DNA of 64,000 nt from Schmidtea polychroa (lineage: Eukaryota): NCBI GenBank assembly GCA_044892525.1, contig CM097886.1, positions 88,102,001-88,166,000 of the forward strand, read 5' to 3'. The notes beneath the pieces were generated by a model that had not been told where the DNA came from, did not search any database, and worked only from the letters and a program-made list of their open reading frames with translations. Made by a program: the position numbers and the translations under genes. Shown here piece after piece: positions 6,046-15,161 of the stretch (positions are counted from its first letter, which is position 1; every line of letters begins with the position of its first letter).

Positions 6046-8583
6046 ATGACTAACGGAGAAAACAAGATGATGCAATCGCCTGACGCAATGCATCAACAAG
6101 ATATGCACACTGGAGTTCAATCAACGACTGCAGAAGGATTATGTAATTATGCAATTGATATGAAGAAACTTCAGAAATTATTCCAATATCAATTGCAATC
6201 AAATCAAGCTCTTTTGGATTTCTTCAGTCAATTCAAAGCTGGATTTCATATGCCTTCCATGGAGAATTCAATGAACAATGTCCTTCCAAACAAGCCGGAA
6301 AATCAGTTTCAGAATTTCGAGAAACGTTTGGATTTAATGGAGATTTCATTCTCAAAGAAGCTTGAAAGGTTAGAGTGTTTATCTTTGAATTTTGGGGGTT
6401 TCTTTAATAATTTAAATAATTTCAATAAATTTTCTTTAAATAAAGATTTTTTCCATTTTAAAGATAATAAAATTAATGAAATTTCAAATTTAGATAATTG
6501 TAATTTTAATAATTCATCAATTGTCAATAAGGATTTTAATATAGAGTTTGATAAATTTCCTTTAAATAAAAATTCTTGTAATGTTAATAATTCAACTTCT
6601 GATAAAAATCTCAATATTAATGTGAATAACGATTTAAATAAGGATAGTGCAAATTTCGATAATTTTAAAATTTCAATAAATAATAATACACGTTTTGACA
6701 ATCCTAAAGTGTTTGTTTCCAAACCGATAATAAGTAATAAAAGTTTTGATTTTAAGACTTTTATTCGTATTTTAACAAAAAAAGAGCGAAAACAGCTCTA
6801 TAATAAGTTTCCAACTTTGATTCCTTTAACTAAAATTAAGGAATCAAAGAATAAATATTTAAAATTAAATAAAGTTTTATCTGGGGAGGAATTTAATACC
6901 AATCCTTTAGGTTTAGATAATTTTAAATGTTTTCTTTATAGGAATTTTAATTTCTGTGTTGAGTTTCATATAAGTAGTTTTTTAAATGAAAACTCAACCG
7001 TTAAACCTGTCTCTTATAAAAAGAAAATTTTTTTGTCTGAACATAATATTGTAAAGACTTTTCCTAATTTTTCTAATTATATAGCAGCACCAACTTCAAT
7101 TAAAAGATTTTTATTTAATCTTTCGCCTGAGCTTTCTGAAACAGTTTCTATTACAGATTGTAATCATAGAGAAAATAAAATTAATAAAATCATTTCTTCT
7201 TTGATTAAACAAGATAAACTCCCAAATTATCTGGTAAAATCAAAAATTAAATATCAAAAGGGTGAGTTTATATTGTTAGATTTGACAAACCCAAATATAA
7301 CATCCAAGATAAATAACGATTTCACATCATCAACATTTTCCGAACTCTCTCGTACCCAGATGAAATCTCTCTACTCATCTTATCCTTCTCTTAAAGAGAT
7401 TATGTTTGTTGAGAATCCTGACTCAAAATCATCTTCAATTATTAAGTTGATTGAATCTTTAAAAATCGATAATGTGTTTCCTGAAGATATCTTTTTTGAA
7501 GGGGGTAAATTCTTTCAATCTGATATTAAACACAAAGAACCCAATTCATTTCCTGACATAATGTTTAATCTTGGGTTATTTGATCTAATAAACATGGCAA
7601 AAGATGATGTTGAATTAAAATCAATTTTGACTAAAACAGATTGTCACTTTAAAATTGTTGAGATAGTATTTTATCTAAATTACTTGGGTTTGGTTGGATC
7701 CTTAAAATTTTCTCAAAATCAAACTTATTCTGATTATGTTGTGAACTATATTCGAAATTGTTGTTTATTAAATTCACTCTGTTCGCTTGAAGATCTTTCT
7801 CTTCTCTCGCTTGAAAATTTTGAAAGTTGGGCTTCTGAAATTATTCAAAGGATTCCAAACTCGTCTTTTTATTATACAAATTGTCAAGAAAAACTCTTGA
7901 AATTAAAACAATGGAAAATTTCTGGGGAAATTAAAAAGATCCATAACGTAATATCTCCAGAAACTATAGCATGTGTTAATAGTTTTCTTGATCTTGTTGA
8001 CGAAACCTTTCCCAATAAATTTCAAAACAATAATATCCTTACTAAATTAATGGAAACAATTAATAATGAGAAATTAATAGATGACACATATGGCGTTAAA
8101 GCGAAGCGATTTATTTATTTTTTGTTGAGAGATACAAAGAAATTGATGGATAAAAACCAGAAATTCCGTCTGTTTGAAACAAGTAATAAATATTGCACTC
8201 CAGAGATGTGCCAGCAAATTTCTCTAATAATAACTAAATTAAAATTAATTGTTAACCAAATCAATGTAAAAGAAACAGCCGAAACCAATTGCGATATTGA
8301 CAATCCAACTACCAACAATGATGTTTTGGACCCTATCGTTGTCATAGAAGAAATCAACTGTATGAAATGTAATAACATCCTTGAAAAATTCATTTTGGCC
8401 AGAGAAGGAATGAATGTTAACATTTGTGAAAACTGTTTATTTGACGCCATTTCCACTGATCAATCAAATTCTAGTCAAGTCAATCCAATCCCTACAGAGA
8501 CTATTGAAGAACCTCTCACAAAGAAATCTGCTACAAAATCGCGAGCTACGACACTAAAAAAACAATCATCGAAGACCAAATGA
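6046..8583 (+). CDS. ORF1, 845 aa, unknown function (coiled-coil-like N-term, Asn-rich tract, C4 finger, basic tail)
   Basis: 2.5-kb open frame in very AT-rich DNA, conserved across copies; C772-x2-C-x18-C-x2-C797. Confidence 0.88.
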   Translation: MTNGENKMMQSPDAMHQQDMHTGVQSTTAEGLCNYAIDMKKLQKLFQYQLQSNQALLDFFSQFKAGFHMPSMENSMNNVLPNKPENQFQNFEKRLDLMEISFSKKLERLECLSLNFGGFFNNLNNFNKFSLNKDFFHFKDNKINEISNLDNCNFNNSSIVNKDFNIEFDKFPLNKNSCNVNNSTSDKNLNINVNNDLNKDSANFDNFKISINNNTRFDNPKVFVSKPIISNKSFDFKTFIRILTKKERKQLYNKFPTLIPLTKIKESKNKYLKLNKVLSGEEFNTNPLGLDNFKCFLYRNFNFCVEFHISSFLNENSTVKPVSYKKKIFLSEHNIVKTFPNFSNYIAAPTSIKRFLFNLSPELSETVSITDCNHRENKINKIISSLIKQDKLPNYLVKSKIKYQKGEFILLDLTNPNITSKINNDFTSSTFSELSRTQMKSLYSSYPSLKEIMFVENPDSKSSSIIKLIESLKIDNVFPEDIFFEGGKFFQSDIKHKEPNSFPDIMFNLGLFDLINMAKDDVELKSILTKTDCHFKIVEIVFYLNYLGLVGSLKFSQNQTYSDYVVNYIRNCCLLNSLCSLEDLSLLSLENFESWASEIIQRIPNSSFYYTNCQEKLLKLKQWKISGEIKKIHNVISPETIACVNSFLDLVDETFPNKFQNNNILTKLMETINNEKLIDDTYGVKAKRFIYFLLRDTKKLMDKNQKFRLFETSNKYCTPEMCQQISLIITKLKLIVNQINVKETAETNCDIDNPTTNNDVLDPIVVIEEINCMKCNNILEKFILAREGMNVNICENCLFDAISTDQSNSSQVNPIPTETIEEPLTKKSATKSRATTLKKQSSKTK

Positions 8584-11500
8584 AGATGTGTGCCTGCATC
8601 AGCTCAAGCGTCTGCCGTTCCCTCTAATGAGACTGATGCAGAGAGCACAATAGATAATTACTATTTACCAATTGACGATTTTGATAGTGAAATGTGGTTC
8701 TCTGATAATGATATTGATTGGTATCTTGAAAACCATATCGACAATCCAATGCATGGATACATCAAGTGTTTCATCGTTAATATTCTATGCTCGAATATTC
8801 AAGAAGAAATTGTTGCAATTCCACAGTCAATTACCAATGCTGAAATGATTTTTTGTCCACTTAATATAAACAATTCCCATTGGATTCTTTTTGTATACTG
8901 TAAGAAATCGAATTCATCTTACTTTATTGATCCAATTTTTAATAACAGAAATAATCTAATCAACAAACAAATGGCTCTTAAAATGAATATTGCACTAAAT
9001 AGATTTTTCAACCTCAAGATAGCAGTGTCATATCATCCGCATACAAATCTTCAATATCAAAATAACAATTTTGACTGTGGTCCATTCACTTGCGCTTATG
9101 CAGTGATAATCAGTAAAGATTGGAACAGCTTTCCTGATGGATTCATTGAAGAAATAAGACGAAATGTTCATCGATATCAGAAACACTTGGTTAATGGTTC
9201 ACCAAATTTAATTGGAGGTGCTAAAAACAATTTAAATATGGCAACAATCAATTTCAAGAAGGCTATCACTAAATCTAAAACTACAAATAATAATTTAAAC
9301 ATTACTAAAATTCTCAACAACCAAGCGCCATGTGTGTCATCACTAATTGGTAAATATTATAAAGAGAATTCTAAAATCTTGGTTTTATCTGCCAATTTAA
9401 CATCCAATTTAATTGCGCAAAATGACTCTTTTATAGCCGACAATGTCACCTTTAAACAATTTAAAGGAATCGATCACATTCTTGGTGTCATTCCAAAATT
9501 TAAAGATTGGTGTCTTTTCATATACTCCAGTAAGCTTAACCGTAGCTACATTTTTGATTTTAATTATAGAAATATTGATGAGAGATTGATTGAAATTGGT
9601 GAAAAGATGACCGATTATCTCAATCAATTTTGTCTTAATCGAAAAATTAAATTCATAGCTGATCATCGAATCTCGCATCCTTCCTTTCACTCTAATGACA
9701 ATCAATACTTTGCAAGTTCCTTTATTGTGTTTTTTGAGAAATTTGTCTTTGAAAGACTCTTGGATTATGATAAAGTATATGATACACTTGGTGAATTAAA
9801 ATCTCAGTCGTGCATTGAAATTTCTCCCAACTTTAATTTAATCAACGGTAAAATAACTGATAAAATTATTAATGAATATTTTATGAACCTAAAATTATCG
9901 AATAATTATATTCTCCTAAACAGAACTTTGTCTGCTGCAATTTCAGATGATTGTACTCAATACTTAAATGATTTTTTAAACATTGAGGACATGATGAAGG
10001 CAAATGTAATCTTTGCAATAATTTCTCCTCCCAAGGCCCATGAATTGCTGTTGGTAATTGATTACGACACAGACGAACATTATTTTCTTAGTCCAGTGAC
10101 CAATGATTTGAATGTGTTTTCTAAAGCTTTCTCTTATAACATTGTGCTCAAAATTAATGAGCTAAGACAAAGTAAAGGGCGTTCAATGACAATTGGCCAC
10201 TGCCCACATGATATAAGAGGTTCTGGTTTATTTAGCAAAATATTAATTTGTGCATTTATCAGAAACTACACTCAAGATAAATCTCTTGAAAATATTAACT
10301 TGACTGAAATTTCTGAAATAATCAACTCTCTAGTTCCAATAGTTGATAATAATGACATTGTCAAAATTGAGAGACGTGGAAAATTGAAAATTGCTAATTC
10401 TTTGAAACTAACTTTGAAGCAACGCAAAGATAGAATTGATGAGCTTTTAACTACATTGTCTAACTCTAATGTTGATGAAATTATCTCTACTATTCTGGCA
10501 AATATTCCTCATCTAGAAAATTTGCAGGATCAAGAATTTCGAGAGCCATATCTTGGGAAAAATCACAATAAACCTAAAAAATTCAACAATTCTACTGAAT
10601 TTCTGAAAAATATGAAAAAGACTGTAAACAGAATTTTAGGTAATCAGAGCGAAAAAGCTGAACCACCATTTCAGGAAATTATAAACACTTTCACTCATCA
10701 AGATACTTTACCTGGAAGTTGGAACAACGTTTTAAACTTTAGTAAAATCTCGAAAAGCTTACTTGAATTAGAAATTACTACGCCAATGGAAATTCTTTCC
10801 AATCTTCAGGAAGCTGATAATTCTACGCCCGGACTTGATAATGTATATTATAAAGATCTTCTGTTACTTGATCCAGATTGTAAGCTTCTAGCGTTACTTT
10901 TCAACAAAGTCATTCAACTGAAATCTATCCCTACAAGTTGGAAAACTTTTAAAACAATATTAATTCCGAAACCTGATAAAAATGACCAATACCATAAAAT
11001 ATCTTCATGGCGACCAATCGCATTACTGTCAGTGATTTACAAAGTTTTCGCTTCAGTTCTTGCAACTCGTCTTAGTTCATGGATTAAAGAAAATAATCTG
11101 CTGCATATTGGCCAAAAGGGTGGTTCAGAATACGAAGGATGTATTGAACACAACTCAATTCTCTCTGCGATTGTCGAGCATTCAAAATATAGTAAATCTT
11201 CACCTTTAGCAATAGCATGGCTTGACATCAAAGACGCTTTCGGAAGTGTTCCACACGAATACATGTGGACATTGTTAAGACATATGAACGTTGGTGAAAA
11301 CTTTGTGAATATCCTGAAATTACTTTATACAGATACGAGCTCTTTTTATCGCTGTAACAAAATGCAGACACCAAATATTCCAATAAAGAAAGGTGTAAAA
11401 CAAGGCTGCCCGATCTCTATGATTCTGTTTGCAATAGCTATTAATCCGGTTCTTGAAGCTATTACCGCATCTAACATTACACCTTTTATGATAGGCTCTT

Positions 11501-13534
11501 CTCAAGTACAAGTGTTAGCTTATGCTGATGACATTGCACTTATTGCAACTAGCTCAACTGACCTCCAAAAGCTAATTGGCGTAGCTGTAAAAACTGCCAA
11601 TAATATTGGATTTGAATATCGCCCTGAAAAATGTGCATATATACAATACCCAAAACTAGAAACGGTCAGTGAAATCGTTGTCAACAATGATTTAATTAAA
11701 AAACTTGCTGGTAATGAATTTTACCAATACTTAGGAGTGCCAATAGGTGATAATAATGATCAAAGTCCCTATGAAATCGTCAGCCAAGTCATTGAAGATA
11801 CTAAAAAGATTGCTAACTCTGATCTCTATGGTTGGCAAAAGCTCAAAGCTTATAAAATCTTCCTGCATTCGCGCCTTATTTTCCCATTTAGAACTAGGGA
11901 AATTAAAACTAGTTCATTAACATCTCCTAGTAGTAACTCAAGGATAAATGTAAATAGTACTAGCCAATTGAGGAGCCATTTGAGGAAAATATTAAATTTA
12001 CCAAACCACTCTGAAATAAGTTATTTCTATAATGCCACTGAAAATGGTGGAGCTGGCTGTATTGACCTTCTTGATGAGTATCACACACAGTCGATTGTTT
12101 ACTTCTTCCGTTTACTAACATCAACTTGCGACTATTCAAAAAAGATAAACACTTTTTCACTCTTGTCTGTGACAAGTCCAAGACTCGGAATCAAAGAACC
12201 AACTCTCAGTCAAAGCTTGGAATGGGTTAATGGAAAAGAAAGCAAATTAAATCATAGTGGTAGTAAAACTCGCTTCTACCGATTGCGTGCATCAATTGCA
12301 TATTTCAATCGAGTTCACAACATTAAAATTTCGTTCGAAACTTTCAAACAAAATCCTTCGATTCGGCTCACTACTTCATTAACTGGCACTCGCATATTAT
12401 TACCAAAATTAAGAAAAGCATTATCAAAGATTCTCCATTCTGCTCTTCAAGATTCGTATCTCGAAAAGTGGGAGAAGAGTAATCAAAGTAATCTAATTGT
12501 ATCTGCTCTCAAACTTTGTCCATTTGTCAACAAACTAATCTTTCGTAGTGACTTGACAGACTTTGAATGGAATTTCATTCATCGAGCTCGAACAAATACA
12601 CTCTCTACATTTGCAAAGCCACATAAAACTGGCGAAGACCGCCTTTGTCGTAGGTGTAAATCTGAAGATGAGACAATTTTACATGTACTCCAAACTTGTA
12701 GAATCAATCAATCATTAGCAACTAATCGACATAATGCTTGCTTGGAAAAAATTAAAGATGCACTTAAAAATCCTGAACTCTTGGTTGTCACTGATCATAA
12801 ATGTTCTCTTGTACCGACTTCCAACGAACGGGTTGATCTTTTAATAACCAATACCGAGAGAAAAACGATTTTACTAGTAGACATGAAATGTCCAATTGAT
12901 TCTGTAATTAATTTTGAGCGAGTCGACAAATTAAATATGGAAAAATATGATAAATTAAAAACAGATATACAAACAGTTAAACCTGATTACAAAGTTGAAT
13001 TGTTCACATGCATCATGGGTTCCTTGGGATCAATTGAACCAAAAACTTCTGATCTTTTATTAAAAATGGGAATTCCACAAACAAAAATCAAAGGTTTGAT
13101 GAAGGAATGTGCAATAAGTAACATTGCACATTCGGCAAAGATTTGGTATTTTCATTGTAATGGAAAGCTTCCAAACTTTGAATAATTAAAATAAATTGGT
13201 TTTCAACATAGGAAAATAATTAAATTTAAAACTTTTATTAATTTGATTATTAAAACAAACTAAATTTAAATTTCATTAAAAAAAATAAACTAATTATTAA
13301 AGAAACTTTCATTTTTTCGAGATAAATATTCTGCGACAAAGCAAATTTAAGAATTTAGATCTTCAATCTACCAAAGACAAGTCGCAATGCCGGATGATGA
13401 AATCCGATGAGAGTGATCAGAGATTCCAGCAGATGAAGTTAATATGTGAATATTTGCTTATGGACAACTCCATGTAGAGCTGATTATCTGTTAAAAACAA
13501 TATTCAAATTTGTTATATTTAATAAATGTTTAAT
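6050..13534 (+). mobile_element. Retrotransposon copy 2, full length (7485 bp), both ORFs intact
   Basis: Sequence diverges from the spacer after ATGA 6046-6049 and rejoins tRNA nt 20 at 13535. Confidence 0.95.
8590..13185 (+). CDS. ORF2 protease-RT-RLE (1531 aa), copy 2
   Basis: Same motifs as copy 1; in frame with ORF1 after TGA 8581-8583. Confidence 0.95.
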   Translation: MPASAQASAVPSNETDAESTIDNYYLPIDDFDSEMWFSDNDIDWYLENHIDNPMHGYIKCFIVNILCSNIQEEIVAIPQSITNAEMIFCPLNINNSHWILFVYCKKSNSSYFIDPIFNNRNNLINKQMALKMNIALNRFFNLKIAVSYHPHTNLQYQNNNFDCGPFTCAYAVIISKDWNSFPDGFIEEIRRNVHRYQKHLVNGSPNLIGGAKNNLNMATINFKKAITKSKTTNNNLNITKILNNQAPCVSSLIGKYYKENSKILVLSANLTSNLIAQNDSFIADNVTFKQFKGIDHILGVIPKFKDWCLFIYSSKLNRSYIFDFNYRNIDERLIEIGEKMTDYLNQFCLNRKIKFIADHRISHPSFHSNDNQYFASSFIVFFEKFVFERLLDYDKVYDTLGELKSQSCIEISPNFNLINGKITDKIINEYFMNLKLSNNYILLNRTLSAAISDDCTQYLNDFLNIEDMMKANVIFAIISPPKAHELLLVIDYDTDEHYFLSPVTNDLNVFSKAFSYNIVLKINELRQSKGRSMTIGHCPHDIRGSGLFSKILICAFIRNYTQDKSLENINLTEISEIINSLVPIVDNNDIVKIERRGKLKIANSLKLTLKQRKDRIDELLTTLSNSNVDEIISTILANIPHLENLQDQEFREPYLGKNHNKPKKFNNSTEFLKNMKKTVNRILGNQSEKAEPPFQEIINTFTHQDTLPGSWNNVLNFSKISKSLLELEITTPMEILSNLQEADNSTPGLDNVYYKDLLLLDPDCKLLALLFNKVIQLKSIPTSWKTFKTILIPKPDKNDQYHKISSWRPIALLSVIYKVFASVLATRLSSWIKENNLLHIGQKGGSEYEGCIEHNSILSAIVEHSKYSKSSPLAIAWLDIKDAFGSVPHEYMWTLLRHMNVGENFVNILKLLYTDTSSFYRCNKMQTPNIPIKKGVKQGCPISMILFAIAINPVLEAITASNITPFMIGSSQVQVLAYADDIALIATSSTDLQKLIGVAVKTANNIGFEYRPEKCAYIQYPKLETVSEIVVNNDLIKKLAGNEFYQYLGVPIGDNNDQSPYEIVSQVIEDTKKIANSDLYGWQKLKAYKIFLHSRLIFPFRTREIKTSSLTSPSSNSRINVNSTSQLRSHLRKILNLPNHSEISYFYNATENGGAGCIDLLDEYHTQSIVYFFRLLTSTCDYSKKINTFSLLSVTSPRLGIKEPTLSQSLEWVNGKESKLNHSGSKTRFYRLRASIAYFNRVHNIKISFETFKQNPSIRLTTSLTGTRILLPKLRKALSKILHSALQDSYLEKWEKSNQSNLIVSALKLCPFVNKLIFRSDLTDFEWNFIHRARTNTLSTFAKPHKTGEDRLCRRCKSEDETILHVLQTCRINQSLATNRHNACLEKIKDALKNPELLVVTDHKCSLVPTSNERVDLLITNTERKTILLVDMKCPIDSVINFERVDKLNMEKYDKLKTDIQTVKPDYKVELFTCIMGSLGSIEPKTSDLLLKMGIPQTKIKGLMKECAISNIAHSAKIWYFHCNGKLPNFE

Positions 13535-13588
13535 TAGCGCGTCAGTCTCATAATCTGAAGGTCGTGAGTTCGATCCTCACTCGGGGCA
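13535..13588 (+). pseudogene. 5'-truncated tRNA-Met (nt 20-73)
   Basis: Element 3' junction. Confidence 0.92.
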
Positions 13589-13756
13589 TAATGTTTTGGA
13601 TTTTTTCAAAAATTTTCAATTTTGCTATTCTTAGTTCTACAAAGCAATTCGTTTTCAAAACCCAACTTTTCTACATCATTTCGACAATAAATCATCAATA
13701 TTTTGACTTGAATAAAATAAAATGAACAAGTAAAGAAAAGTTAAAATCAACTTAAC

Positions 13757-13829
13757 GCCTCGATAGCGCAGTAGGTAGCGCGTCAGTCTCATAATCTGAA
13801 GGTCGTGAGTTCGATCCTCACTCGGGGCA
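13757..13829 (+). tRNA. tRNA-Met(CAT)
   Basis: Consensus copy. Confidence 0.96.
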
Positions 13830-13997
13830 TAATGTTTTGGATTTTTTCAAAAATTTTCAATTTTGCTATTCTTAGTTCTACAAAGCAATTCGTTTTCAAA
13901 ACCCAACTTTTCTACATCATTTCGACAATAAATCATCAATATTTTGACTTGAATAAAATAAAATGAACAAGTAAAGAAAAGTGAAAATCAAATTAAC

Positions 13998-14070
13998 GCC
14001 TCGATAGCGCAGTAGGTAGCGCGTCAGTCTCATAATCTGAAGGTCGTGAGTTCGATCCTCACTCGGGGCA
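13998..14070 (+). tRNA. tRNA-Met(CAT)
   Basis: Consensus copy. Confidence 0.96.
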
Positions 14071-14238
14071 TAATGTTTTGGATTTTTTCAAAAATTTTCA
14101 ATTTTGCTATTCTTAGTTCTACAAAGCAATTCGTTTTCAAAACCCAACTTTTCTACATCATTTCGACAATAAATCATCAATATTTTGACTTGAATAAAAT
14201 AAAATGAACAAGTAAAGAAAAGTGAAAATCAACTTAAC

Positions 14239-14311
14239 GCCTCGATAGCGCAGTAGGTAGCGCGTCAGTCTCATAATCTGAAGGTCGTGAGTTCGATCCT
14301 CACTCGGGGCA
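14239..14311 (+). tRNA. tRNA-Met(CAT)
   Basis: Consensus copy. Confidence 0.96.
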
Positions 14312-14479
14312 TAATGTTTGGGATTTTTTCAAAAATTTTCAATTTTGCTATTCTTAGTTCTACAAAGCAATTCGTTTTCAAAACCCAACTTTTCTACATC
14401 ATTTCGACAATAAATCATCAATATTTTGACTTGAATAAAATAAAATGAACAAGTAAAGAAAAGTGAAAATCAACTTAAC

Positions 14480-14552
14480 GCCTCGATAGCGCAGTAGGTA
14501 GCGCGTCAGTCTCATAATCTGAAGGTCGTGAGTTCGATCCTCACTCGGGGCA
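14480..14552 (+). tRNA. tRNA-Met(CAT)
   Basis: Consensus copy. Confidence 0.96.
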
Positions 14553-14720
14553 TAATGTTTTGGATTTTTTCAAAAATTTTCAATTTTGCTATTCTTAGTT
14601 CTACAAAGCAATTCGTTTTCAAAACCCAACTTTTCTACATCATTTCGACAATAAATCATCAATATTTTGACTTGAATAAAATAAAATGAACAAGTAAAGA
14701 AAAGTGAAAATCAAATTAAC

Positions 14721-14793
14721 GCCTCGATAGCGCAGTAGGTAGCGCGTCAGTCTCATAATCTGAAGGTCGTGAGTTCGATCCTCACTCGGGGCA
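14721..14793 (+). tRNA. tRNA-Met(CAT)
   Basis: Consensus copy. Confidence 0.96.
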
Positions 14794-14955
14794 TAATGTT
14801 TTGGATTTTTTCAAAAATTTTCAATTTTGCTATTCTTAGTTCTACAAAGCAGTTCAAAACCCAACTTTTCTACATCATTTCGACAATAAATCATCAATAT
14901 TTTGACTTGAATAAAATAAAATGAACAAGTAAAGAAAAGTGAAAATCAAATTAAC

Positions 14956-15028
14956 GCCTCGATAGCGCAGTAGGTAGCGCGTCAGTCTCATAATCTGAAG
15001 GTCGTGAGTTCGATCCTCACTCGGGGCA
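14956..15028 (+). tRNA. tRNA-Met(CAT)
   Basis: Consensus copy. Confidence 0.96.
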
Positions 15029-15161
15029 TAATGTTTTGGATTTTTTCAAAAATTTTCAATTTTGCTATTCTTAGTTCTACAAAGCAATTTGTTTTCAAAA
15101 CCCAACTTTTCTACATCATTTCGACAATAAATCATCAATATTTTGACTTGAATAAAATAAA

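Larger units (their letters stand above)
5383..6049 (+). repeat. tRNA-Met tandem array segment 1 (1 truncated + 2 full genes)
   Basis: 235- and 241-bp units. Confidence 0.95.

Noticed and set aside
5859-13725. LTR or DIRS retrotransposon (191-bp flanking direct repeats, adjacent tRNA)
   Set aside because: No integrase, RNase H, aspartic protease or tyrosine recombinase motif; no TG..CA ends; the tRNA is sense, not a primer-binding complement; RT and CCHC-RLE are non-LTR type
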